A DNA stretch of 64,000 nucleotides from Candidatus Poribacteria bacterium (lineage in GTDB: Bacteria; Poribacteria; WGA-4E; UBA9662), in the NCBI GenBank assembly GCA_036339735.1, contig JAYZAL010000006.1, forward strand, positions 33,525 to 97,524. Reading direction: 5' to 3'. The notes under the pieces were generated by a model. That model saw only the letters and a program-made list of their open reading frames with translations, did no database searches and was not told the origin of the DNA. Position numbers and translations under genes: made by a program. This document shows positions 36,934-46,103 of this stretch, piece by piece (the stretch's first letter is position 1; each line of letters starts with the position of its first letter).

Positions 36934-39180
36934 CTAAATTTTGCCTATAGCTTTCAATACACGTCCCGGAGACATAGGTAAAGTATTCATTCGAACGCCG
37001 GTCGCGTTGTAGATGGCATTAGCAATGGCCGCTGGAGGTGGCACAATTGGCACTTCACCGACTCCACGAACACCATAAGGATGACCAGGATTTGGAACCT
37101 CAACAATAACTGTGTCAATCATTGGCACGTCGTAAGTAGTGGGCATTCGATAATCAAGGAAGCTGGAATTTGACATTTCTCCGTTATCATTGTAGACGTA
37201 TTCCTCGTTCAAAGCCCAACCGATTCCTTGTACTGCTCCACCTTGCATTTGACCTTCAACATAACTAGGGTGAATGGCTTTTCCTACATCCTGAATCGCA
37301 GTATACCTCAGAATCTCGACTTTCCCCGTGTCAGTGTCAACTTCGACATCAACAATATGAGTAGCAAAAGCTCCTCCGGGAGCAGATGGGTCAACTGTTC
37401 CGCGGCCAACAATTGAGTCATGTGCCCTACTAGCTATTTCTTTAAAGGATGCTTGTTGGGATTTCCCATTGATACTACTGAATACCCCGTTCTCAAAACC
37501 TACACTTCCAGATTCAACTTCCCAAAGGTTAGCAGCGGATTCTTTCATTTGTTCAATGACATCTTTAGCTGCTTCAATTGCAGCATAACCGGTTGCGAAG
37601 GTAGTTCGACTTCCACCCGTTACGCCAGTATAGCCGATCGAATCTGTATCAACTACAGCTGGACTAATATCTTCAACCGGGATACCCAAAACTTCTGCCG
37701 CCTGCATAGCAATTGACGTACGGGTACCGCCGATGTCAGTTGAACCTTCCATTAGGTTAAGTGTGCCATCGGAGTTAACATGCAACGTGACACTTGATTG
37801 AAGGCCGATATTAAACCAGTAACCAGATGCCACGCCTCTTCCCCTATTTGTACCTTCTAGTGGGGCAGAGTAGTGCTCATGTGCTTTGGCCGTTTCTACC
37901 GTCTCTAGAAAACCAATACGAGGGTAGACAGGACCACCAACCCTACGGGTTCCTTCCCTTGCTCCATTTTTTAATCGAAATTCGAGTGGGTCTTGACCTA
38001 ATTTTTCACAAATCTCATCGATTACTGTTTCTGCCATAGCTGCGTTAGTAGCTCCCGGAGCTCTGTAGGGCGCCGTCTTAGGAATATTGACAACAACGTC
38101 ATAACCGTCGAGCAAATAATTTTCGATGTCATAAGGTGCAAAAATGCATTCCATACCTGCACCGACTAGTGCTCCAGGAAAGGCACCGGCTTCGTAGATA
38201 AGTTCAGCTTGAGCAGCTGTTATTTTCCCTTCGTTATTGGCACCAATCTTGACTTTAATATAGGAACCAGCAGTTGGTCCAGTTGCCTCAAAAACATGAG
38301 ACCGATCCATTGTAATTTTAACGGCTTGACCAGTTTTTTGAGATAATAGTGCAGCTAACGGCTCTAAATAAACTGGGATTTTTCCACCGAATCCACCACC
38401 AATCTCCATAGGTACAACTTTGATTTTAGACACAGGAAGTTGTAGGATTTTTTCGATTTGACCTTGAACTTCAAATGCCCCCTGAGTACTACACCATATT
38501 GTCAAATGCCCATCAGCTCTATGAAGTGCCGTCGCATTATGCGGTTCGATATAACCTTGATGAACAGTGGCCGTCTTAAATTCTCTCTCTACAATTATAT
38601 CTGCTTCCACAAATCCTTTTTTAATATTTCCGGCCTGATGTTGGAAGTGTTGAGCAACGTTACTCACAACTTCTGATTTCTGTCCCAGAGAAGTTGTAGT
38701 TAAGTCTTCGTGTAGTAGTGGTGCTTCAGCAGACATAGCCTCTTTAACATCCATCACTGGAGTTAAAGCCTCATAATCAACCTGAATGAGGCTTAGTGCT
38801 TCTTCAGCTACATGTGGATTATTAGCAGCAATAGCCGCTATTGCATGCCCTTTGTACAGAACTTTATCGTGGGCTAAGATGTTGTTCTGCATAAACCTTA
38901 AGTTCGCAGTTCCTCCCTCTGCCAATGTTACCAGTCCATCTTCGACCTCTGGCATGTCAGCTGATGTGATGACGGCTTTTACACCAGGATGGGCTTCAGC
39001 TTGGCTTGTATCAATTGAGTGGATGCGAGCATGAGCGTAGGGGCTTCTTAATACCTTACCATGTAATAGCCCTGTCGTAGAAAAGTCGGCCCCGAACAAG
39101 GCACGTCCCGTTACTTTATCTTCGCCATCATGTCGAATAGGTCGAGTACCAATTACTTTATAGTTATCTTTCTCTGGCAT
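36934..39180 (-). CDS. Xanthine dehydrogenase-family molybdopterin-binding large subunit
   Basis: RSPYAHA, HQGYIEPH, IGGGFGGK, GQMQGG and GVRGVGE motifs. Confidence 0.9.
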   Translation of the reverse strand: MPEKDNYKVIGTRPIRHDGEDKVTGRALFGADFSTTGLLHGKVLRSPYAHARIHSIDTSQAEAHPGVKAVITSADMPEVEDGLVTLAEGGTANLRFMQNNILAHDKVLYKGHAIAAIAANNPHVAEEALSLIQVDYEALTPVMDVKEAMSAEAPLLHEDLTTTSLGQKSEVVSNVAQHFQHQAGNIKKGFVEADIIVEREFKTATVHQGYIEPHNATALHRADGHLTIWCSTQGAFEVQGQIEKILQLPVSKIKVVPMEIGGGFGGKIPVYLEPLAALLSQKTGQAVKITMDRSHVFEATGPTAGSYIKVKIGANNEGKITAAQAELIYEAGAFPGALVGAGMECIFAPYDIENYLLDGYDVVVNIPKTAPYRAPGATNAAMAETVIDEICEKLGQDPLEFRLKNGAREGTRRVGGPVYPRIGFLETVETAKAHEHYSAPLEGTNRGRGVASGYWFNIGLQSSVTLHVNSDGTLNLMEGSTDIGGTRTSIAMQAAEVLGIPVEDISPAVVDTDSIGYTGVTGGSRTTFATGYAAIEAAKDVIEQMKESAANLWEVESGSVGFENGVFSSINGKSQQASFKEIASRAHDSIVGRGTVDPSAPGGAFATHIVDVEVDTDTGKVEILRYTAIQDVGKAIHPSYVEGQMQGGAVQGIGWALNEEYVYNDNGEMSNSSFLDYRMPTTYDVPMIDTVIVEVPNPGHPYGVRGVGEVPIVPPPAAIANAIYNATGVRMNTLPMSPGRVLKAIGKI

Positions 39181-39358
39181 AATAAATTACTCCCTGATTA
39201 CCCAGTTTCAGTTTTCGCATACACTCGAATCTAATCATATCATAGAGGTAAAATCGACTCAAATAATTTGTATTATAATCGTTACATTTGAAAATGAATG
39301 CTTGAAAAAATAGGCCATGGAGATTGCAAAAATGGTAGAATAAAGCCATTGGTAAGTA

Positions 39359-39955
39359 ATGTCAGCGATGAATCAAGCTATTCGTAGTAAAACAGTATTT
39401 TTTTTCACTTTCTTTTTCTTTGTGTTGATACTAAGCTCGATTTTTTCCTATGGTGTCTACTCAACAAAGACTTCTGAAATAAATCAGCAATTTCAGCCAG
39501 TCTCTAAGGAATACCAATCAATTAGCTTTGATATCTTAGCCGACTATGATTTCGGAACGTTAGATTGGTCAGGTGGCAGCCAATCCAACCAGTTCATCAC
39601 CAATCAAATAGAACAAATCATTCCTCAGTCAATTAAAGCCCTAGACAATCAACTGGTTTCCGTTATCGGCTTCGTATTGCCGGTTGAAACTGATGGTGAA
39701 AGAATAGATAGTTTCTTACTTCTCCGTGATTTGCAGATGTGCTGCTATGGTACTTTGCCTGAACTCAACGAGTGGGTCTATGTTGAGGTTCCCGATTATT
39801 TAGAAGCAAAAAACCTAATCAGTGATACACCGATTAAGGTCTGGGGGACTTTACAGGTTGAACCAAGGTTTAAAGACGATTTTCTACTATCAATTTATTC
39901 GTTAACCTTTAGTGATGCGGATGCTCTACTAAATGAAAACGAAAGTGAAGAGTAA
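39359..39955 (+). CDS. DUF3299-like membrane-anchored protein
   Basis: N-terminal TM; 'IKALDNQLVSVIGFVLP', 'CCYG..P..NEWV' and 'V.GTL' motifs. Confidence 0.7.
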   Translation: MSAMNQAIRSKTVFFFTFFFFVLILSSIFSYGVYSTKTSEINQQFQPVSKEYQSISFDILADYDFGTLDWSGGSQSNQFITNQIEQIIPQSIKALDNQLVSVIGFVLPVETDGERIDSFLLLRDLQMCCYGTLPELNEWVYVEVPDYLEAKNLISDTPIKVWGTLQVEPRFKDDFLLSIYSLTFSDADALLNENESEE

Positions 39956-39976
39956 TTTAATTATGTTCCAAAGAAC

Positions 39977-40008
39977 AAAAAAGGTGGTAAAAGATTACCA
40001 CCTTTTTT
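39977..40008. terminator. Bidirectional intrinsic terminator
   Basis: AAAAAAGGTGGTAA-AAGA-TTACCACCTTTTTT. Confidence 0.88.
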
Positions 40009-40023
40009 ATTTAGTGTAGAAGA

Positions 40024-40635
40024 TTAGTTAGATTTTATATTAGCCCAAGTCGTACTTAATTTGGATTTGGCATCAACAGAAGCACCAGCGGATTGACCTG
40101 TCAAAATAACAAAGTAGTTACTCCCAGCACCAGCAGACCCTTCACCATTACCACCAAGGGTGATAGCACCGGCTTTGAATGAGCTTTTCCAGAGGTTAAC
40201 AGTAACCATTCCGCCATCAGTTGTCTCAACAGCTACAGGTTCCCCATCTTTTACTTGTTTTTCAAAACCTTCGACCAGCCATGTTGGAGGTGTACCACCT
40301 TTTTCTTCATCAGCTCTACTATCCAAAGCGACATAGACATCAACGTCTTTATCAACAGTAAAGCTTAGAAAATCTGTACCTTTTTGCTTTTTGTCATCAT
40401 TGGCAGACATGATCGTTTGCATGCCCTCAAACCCCTCAGGAATAGCAACGATTAGGTAGTCACGATCTATAAAGAATTTACTATCTTTTTTGAGTTCTCC
40501 CTCAATGTATTGGTCTGCAGGATCTTTACTTTTAGATTTAATGTCCGTAATCTTAACCTTAACCGGTGAAGCTATAGCTGCCAAGAAAGTTGTTAGGGTT
40601 AGAATAATAATGGAATTTAGTGTTAGTTTTCTCAT
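40024..40635 (-). CDS. Secreted beta-rich protein with C-terminal TTW-type tail (paralog of the next gene)
   Basis: Signal peptide; 'IDRDY..ANDDKK..PP.WL'; ends VDAKSKLSTTWANIK. Confidence 0.8.
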   Translation of the reverse strand: MRKLTLNSIIILTLTTFLAAIASPVKVKITDIKSKSKDPADQYIEGELKKDSKFFIDRDYLIVAIPEGFEGMQTIMSANDDKKQKGTDFLSFTVDKDVDVYVALDSRADEEKGGTPPTWLVEGFEKQVKDGEPVAVETTDGGMVTVNLWKSSFKAGAITLGGNGEGSAGAGSNYFVILTGQSAGASVDAKSKLSTTWANIKSN

Positions 40636-40672
40636 TTCTAATTCTCCGTATAGTATTAAATTAAGTTTCAGT

Positions 40673-41287
40673 TTATTGTGACTTAATAGTGGACCAGGTC
40701 GTGGTTAATTTAGCGGCCGGATCAACACTTGCAGATTGATCTTCTTCCACTAGTATCAGATAATTACTACTTTGGCCTGTGGCCGGCTTGTCGGCATTTC
40801 CACCTATGGCTACTTTTCCAGCCTTGACTTCTGCTTTCCAAAGATTAAAAGTGCCCATACCACCGTCAGTAACCTCAATGGCTAGTGGATCTTTTCCATC
40901 AAGTTGTTTTTCATAGCCTTTTTCCAGCCACTCTGGAGGTTTACCACCTTTTTCCTCATCTCCTCGGCTATCCCGACAGATCCAAATAATAGATGGCTTA
41001 TTGACTTTGAAAGTTACAAAACCGTCGCCCGTTGACTTTTTGTCATTATTGGCGGTCATGATAAACTGGATCCCCACCAGTTCTTTGGGCATTTCTACCA
41101 CAGTATAGTCTCGGTCAATGTAGTATTTAGTTCCTTTTTCTAATGAAGGGCCAACTTCATAAGGTAATTTACTTCCAACCTTAAGGTCTGTAATTTTTAC
41201 TGGTTTTGGTTTAGCCTCCGCAACAATGACAATGGCAAAGACAGCCAAAAAAGACAAACCTAAATAGATAGCTCTTTTTACAAACAA
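40673..41287 (-). CDS. Secreted beta-rich protein with C-terminal TTW-type tail
   Basis: TTG start with GGAG RBS; signal peptide ending AEA; ends VDPAAKLTTTWSTIK. Confidence 0.8.
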   Translation of the reverse strand: MFVKRAIYLGLSFLAVFAIVIVAEAKPKPVKITDLKVGSKLPYEVGPSLEKGTKYYIDRDYTVVEMPKELVGIQFIMTANNDKKSTGDGFVTFKVNKPSIIWICRDSRGDEEKGGKPPEWLEKGYEKQLDGKDPLAIEVTDGGMGTFNLWKAEVKAGKVAIGGNADKPATGQSSNYLILVEEDQSASVDPAAKLTTTWSTIKSQ

Positions 41288-41439
41288 TTCTTTACTCCCA
41301 AATGAAATAGGTTAAATATAATATTAGGCTGATACAATATCAACACAATCACAAACCAGCTCCATTGTAGTTGATATAGAAAAAATTGTAAAGCCAACAA
41401 ATATACAAGAATAGAAGAGAGAATTAAGGGTAGGTTAGA

Positions 41440-42165
41440 TTAGTCAACTTCAATGAGAACAGCCGTTACATTATCAAGTCCACCGTTGAGCAACGCTTGT
41501 TTGACCAAATTAGTAACAGCAATTTCCGGTCCATCCGCATCCTGAATAAGATCGGCGATTTCTATATCTGACGTAATCATATCATGTAACCCATCAGAGC
41601 AAATTAGCAACTTGTCCCCAACCAATAATTGATGTTCACCCTGATCAACTTCAACCGTCAGTTCTAAGCCAACTGCGCGATTGATAACGTTCCGGTAGTT
41701 ATGAGTACGAGCCTCTTCGGATGAAATTTGTCCTAGTTCTACCATTTCTTGAACCAAGGAGTGGTCGGTTGTCAATTGCTGAATCTCGCCTTGTCGAACT
41801 AAATAAATGCGACTATCACCAACATGAACATAAAGTAGATGCTTTCCTGACACAACTCCCGCTGTAAGTGTTGTTCCCATTCGGGCACTTGCATTAGGAA
41901 TATTAGAACAATGATAAATCTTATGATTAGCTTCGTTTACTAAGTCCTGTAATAAAGACAGTCGACTGCTAGGATTATCTAGTGTAGCGAGTTGATCCAA
42001 TCCTGATTTTAATACCGATAAAGCTGTTTTGCTCGCAATATCTCCAGCATCTAAGCCTCCCATACCATCAGCGACAATAAAAAACCCAGTATTGGTATCG
42101 TAAGCAAAGGCATCTTCGTTTTGTTTTCGTTGTCTGCCGATGTCAGTTCTGGCCGCTATCTTCAT
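41440..42165 (-). CDS. PP2C-type Ser/Thr protein phosphatase (Stp1/PrpC family)
   Basis: RKQNED, VADGMGG, HVGDSR, CSDGL and GGLDNVT motifs. Confidence 0.93.
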   Translation of the reverse strand: MKIAARTDIGRQRKQNEDAFAYDTNTGFFIVADGMGGLDAGDIASKTALSVLKSGLDQLATLDNPSSRLSLLQDLVNEANHKIYHCSNIPNASARMGTTLTAGVVSGKHLLYVHVGDSRIYLVRQGEIQQLTTDHSLVQEMVELGQISSEEARTHNYRNVINRAVGLELTVEVDQGEHQLLVGDKLLICSDGLHDMITSDIEIADLIQDADGPEIAVTNLVKQALLNGGLDNVTAVLIEVD

Positions 42166-42380
42166 TTCATTTGGTCCAACTTAGTTTTTTACATTCCTGG
42201 AGAAAAATTGCTCTAGGACAAATTATGGTCAACCATTGATCTCAACGGTAAGACGGATTTACTGGTTTCAGAATCCCAATACCCATTGCCCAAACGGTTG
42301 CGTTAAGTTTTACAGATAATGTAAAATACGGGTTTGGAGACGGCTGTTTTTGACTTCAAAGTTAGAACAAATCAACTAAA

Positions 42381-43577
42381 TTGAAAATCTTAACCAAATA
42401 TATACTGAAGGAACTAATACCTCCTTTCCTGATCTCTCTACTTGCCTTGACATCGATACTTATACTAGAAGAGATTTTTCGATTAACCAAGCTTTTCGTT
42501 AAAAAGGGTATCAGTCCTATCTACCTAGTCGAATTGTTGGTTTACGTGTTACCTGCTACATTAGTTCTGACGATTCCTATGTCAACTTTGATCAGTATAC
42601 TAATTGGGTTCGGTCGGTTTGCCACTGACAACGAGATTACTGCTATGAAAGCTCATGGCATTGGATTACACCAATTATTATGGCCAGTTCTAGTCGTTTC
42701 TCTGTGTATTGCTATTCTCGACTTCTTTTTTATGGATTATGCACTTCCACTTGGTAATCAGGCTTATTGGTCTTTGAAGCGAGACATCAGTCGCCACAAT
42801 CCTACTTTCGTTTTGGAAGAAGGAACGGTCATGAGAGAATTAGAGCAAGATGGCAAAATTTGGATGTTTGGCTCCACGCACCCAGAAACAGGAGACTTAG
42901 AAGGTGTTCGGGTTTGGGATGCCATTTGGTCAGGTCGACCTAGATTTGTTTCTGCTGACTCGGCGCGAGTAGCCTATGAAGATGGCCGTGGTTGGTTAAA
43001 ACTATTTGATGGTCAAAGTTATGAATCAATTTCTAGCCTTCGCCAAGCCAATGCCTTCCGAGTAACAGAATTTGAACAAAACAGAATTTCCCTTGATTTG
43101 ACAGAAGATATCAAACGTACCCAAGCTAAAACCAAACGTCCAAGAAGTATGAGTATAAAAAATCTTCGTACTTATATTGAGCAAGAACTTAAGCCGCAAG
43201 TTAATGCTGCTGAAGGCCAGTTTCCAAAAGAGAAACTACTCTATGCACAAGTCGAATATCACAAGAAATTTTCAATACCTTTTGCCTGCCTAGTTTTTGG
43301 ATTAGTTGGTGTACCCTTGGGGCTAATGGTCAGAAAAAGTGGAAAGATGGTTGGTTTTGGAATTGGTAATGGTCTTATTCTATTCTACTATTTGCTTCTA
43401 CAGTTTGGCCAAAATGCAGGGCGCAGTGGTATTCTAGGTCCCATGATGTCAATGTGGTTACCCAACATCGTTATTGGTATGGGTGGGCTTTGTTTCTTGG
43501 TCTATTGGATGTACCAATCTAACTTGCTTCATGTTGACACATCTACTACTTCTGCTTCTTCGGATATTAAAGACTAG
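42381..43577 (+). CDS. lptF: LPS export ABC transporter permease LptF
   Basis: YILKE, 'DNEITAMKAHG' and 'KFSIPFAC' motifs; first of the pair. Confidence 0.8.
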   Translation: MKILTKYILKELIPPFLISLLALTSILILEEIFRLTKLFVKKGISPIYLVELLVYVLPATLVLTIPMSTLISILIGFGRFATDNEITAMKAHGIGLHQLLWPVLVVSLCIAILDFFFMDYALPLGNQAYWSLKRDISRHNPTFVLEEGTVMRELEQDGKIWMFGSTHPETGDLEGVRVWDAIWSGRPRFVSADSARVAYEDGRGWLKLFDGQSYESISSLRQANAFRVTEFEQNRISLDLTEDIKRTQAKTKRPRSMSIKNLRTYIEQELKPQVNAAEGQFPKEKLLYAQVEYHKKFSIPFACLVFGLVGVPLGLMVRKSGKMVGFGIGNGLILFYYLLLQFGQNAGRSGILGPMMSMWLPNIVIGMGGLCFLVYWMYQSNLLHVDTSTTSASSDIKD

Positions 43578-43580
43578 CTT

Positions 43581-44642
43581 GTGAACACTCTTGACCGCTA
43601 TATTCTCTGGGAATATTTACGTACTTTATTTCTGTCCCTGTTTTTCCTCTCTTTCTTAGTGATTATTGTTCGATTATTTGATAAAGATCTTAAGCAATTC
43701 GGAGATGAAACAACTTCCTGGGTAGCAATACAAATTATTCTATTGCAAGCACCACGCCGCATTTTAGAAATCGTACCTGTTTCTAGTTTCCTGACAGCAT
43801 TCTTTTTGTTAGGTAAAATGGTACAAAATAATGAATTAATGGCGATGAAATCGGCTGGCTTAAGTGTTCATCGTATATCGATGCCCATCTTTTTATCTAC
43901 ATTTTTAATTTGTGTAGGATTTGCAGTTTTCTATAACCGTGTGGCTTCCCCTGCGTACCATGTAGCAAGCAAGATCCAACAAAAGATGCCTCTCCGTCGT
44001 AATCGAAACGTAGTTTTTCAAGGTCTTGATAACCGGTTGTTTTTTATTCTTAACTTGGATTTGGAAGAGGAATCCATCGACCGAATGACAATTTACGACT
44101 TTGATGATAAAGATCGACTAGAAAAAGAAACCTATGCTCAACAGGCTCGATGGGAAAAAGATATTTGGAATCTGAAGGATGGATTCGTGCGTCAGTTTGA
44201 AGATGGAGTTGAAGTATCATTTGAACCATTTGAGCAAAAAACCGTTTCAAGAAAGGAAGAACCACAACATTTAGTCAAGTATTCTAAAAATTTACGAGGC
44301 ATGACTATTAAAGAACTTCAACAAAGGATTCACTATAAAAAAAGGGCGAAGCAAACCACACGTCGTGAAGCAGTCCGTCTGCACCATAAAATGGCTTACC
44401 CCTTTGCAGCCTTCGTAGTTGTTTTAATTGGAATACCCATTTCGATTCAATTCGGTCGTGCTGGTTTCTTTTCTGGTTTGGTAATTGCTTTCTTTCTCAA
44501 CTTTATCTATTGGGGGTTTTCGTTTGCGGTATTCGAAGGGTTAGGTGAAAACGGAATTCTCAACCCATTTGTTGCATGCTGGAGTGCGAATGCCATTTAT
44601 GCGCTAGTTGGTATTATGCTCCTGCTCAAAACACCACAGTAG
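43581..44642 (+). CDS. lptG: LPS export ABC transporter permease LptG
   Basis: LDRYI, 'NNELMAMKSAG' and 'KMAYPF' motifs; second of the pair. Confidence 0.8.
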   Translation: MNTLDRYILWEYLRTLFLSLFFLSFLVIIVRLFDKDLKQFGDETTSWVAIQIILLQAPRRILEIVPVSSFLTAFFLLGKMVQNNELMAMKSAGLSVHRISMPIFLSTFLICVGFAVFYNRVASPAYHVASKIQQKMPLRRNRNVVFQGLDNRLFFILNLDLEEESIDRMTIYDFDDKDRLEKETYAQQARWEKDIWNLKDGFVRQFEDGVEVSFEPFEQKTVSRKEEPQHLVKYSKNLRGMTIKELQQRIHYKKRAKQTTRREAVRLHHKMAYPFAAFVVVLIGIPISIQFGRAGFFSGLVIAFFLNFIYWGFSFAVFEGLGENGILNPFVACWSANAIYALVGIMLLLKTPQ

Positions 44643-44658
44643 CTAAGCTAAAAAAACG

Positions 44659-45240
44659 ATGTCAAAAATTCTGGATGAAATGGGCCGAATTCTGTTTCGA
44701 ATGAGGAGTTATACTCCAGTTCCTTTGATCTTGGCTGCATTGATCTTTCGGAAGTTTCACTGGTTGACAATTGTGTGCGGAATTATAATATTAATGGCTG
44801 GTGAGCTGATTCGAATCTGGGCTGTTGGTTATGCTGGTGGACGTACCAGAACTCGAACTGTTAGCGCAGCTAGAGGTTTAGTTACAGCGGGCCCATATGC
44901 TTACACTCGTAACCCTCTCTATTTGGGCAATCTGTTAGTTAGTTCTGGTGTTTGTTTGGTTTCTGGTGTTTTATGGTTGTTACCAATCCTATGGTGTTTG
45001 TTTTTTTTGCAGTACGTGCCGATTATTAGTAGCGAAGAACAATTTCTAGGTCAAAGCTACAATCAGCTTTATTATAATTACCGCGCTAGCGTGCCTGGTT
45101 TTTGGGTGCGACTATCTCCTTACCCAAGCGCCTCAACCCATGATTTCAGTTTAAAACGTGCTTTTCAAAGCGAAAGAAGAACATTAACCGCAATTATAAT
45201 CATAATGATTGTAATGATGTTTCTACTAGTACTGCATTAG
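44659..45240 (+). CDS. Isoprenylcysteine carboxyl methyltransferase-family membrane methyltransferase (LmtA-like)
   Basis: LVTAGPYAYTRNPLYLG, EEQFL and Y..Y...VP motifs. Confidence 0.8.
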   Translation: MSKILDEMGRILFRMRSYTPVPLILAALIFRKFHWLTIVCGIIILMAGELIRIWAVGYAGGRTRTRTVSAARGLVTAGPYAYTRNPLYLGNLLVSSGVCLVSGVLWLLPILWCLFFLQYVPIISSEEQFLGQSYNQLYYNYRASVPGFWVRLSPYPSASTHDFSLKRAFQSERRTLTAIIIIMIVMMFLLVLH

Positions 45241-45305
45241 CGGGTCAATTGCATCTTAAGCTAATCTGTGTTAGACTAAAAAGAGTTGTAGAGGTTGTTT
45301 TTTTG

Positions 45306-46067
45306 ATGTATTTCGGGGAACGTCCTTTCCGGTGGCAAGTCGTATTTTTGCTGATTATGTTCGTCTTCTACGGTTGCGCAGCTAAGCCAGTAGTTGAATT
45401 TTACTTGGTTCCAACTGATTTGACGGACGTTCAAATCAACCCTGAAGCGGGTTCGGCGTCCTTAGTTCAAAAAGGTGTTCAAGTAATAATTGAGCCATTA
45501 GATGAAATAGACTTATTTGATCTTACCAAAAGTGGTGAAGTTAACCCTTATTTATACGTTGGTCGCTGGGGAAAAGTAGAGCCCCTGTATACTGTATTTG
45601 AAATATTGGTGTATAACACTGGACATAAAAGGGTTAGCATTAATGAGTCAGCGATTCTAATCGATAGTGACGGCAACCAATATGCATCATTAACCTATGA
45701 CTATTTTCGGGATCTTTACGCCAACAGTAAAACCTTAGTATCTTACCAGCCCAACTACTACTACCCATATAATTCCTACGACCCATATTATTACACCTCC
45801 CAGAGCTATCGGGCTGTTAACCGTTCTTACCGTCGGTCTCCCAGGGTTAAAAATGCTCGTTTCATTGTCAGAGATACGATCTTTGATGGTGGTCATATCT
45901 TTGAAGGAGGTAAACGGGTAGGATTCCTAATTTTTGATCGCCTACCCAAAACTGCTAAAAACCTACGAGTCATTGTTCCGCGAATAGCCATCTACGACAG
46001 TGATGACCAAATTAGCAATATTGATTTTCATTTTGGTTTTCAGCAGAAAACAGCAATTCAGCCATAG
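45306..46067 (+). CDS. Hypothetical lipoprotein
   Basis: Hydrophobic stretch ending FYG-C (lipobox-like); ATG 45306 preferred over the upstream TTG. Confidence 0.6.
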   Translation: MYFGERPFRWQVVFLLIMFVFYGCAAKPVVEFYLVPTDLTDVQINPEAGSASLVQKGVQVIIEPLDEIDLFDLTKSGEVNPYLYVGRWGKVEPLYTVFEILVYNTGHKRVSINESAILIDSDGNQYASLTYDYFRDLYANSKTLVSYQPNYYYPYNSYDPYYYTSQSYRAVNRSYRRSPRVKNARFIVRDTIFDGGHIFEGGKRVGFLIFDRLPKTAKNLRVIVPRIAIYDSDDQISNIDFHFGFQQKTAIQP

Positions 46068-46103
46068 ATAGTAATATTTTTTAAGATTTTGGAGTAAGTT
46101 TTA

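Noticed and set aside
36934-39180. Aerobic CO dehydrogenase CoxL
   Set aside because: The loop is PYRAPG, not AYxCSFR (form I) or AYxGAGR (form II), and there is no adjacent coxM or coxS.
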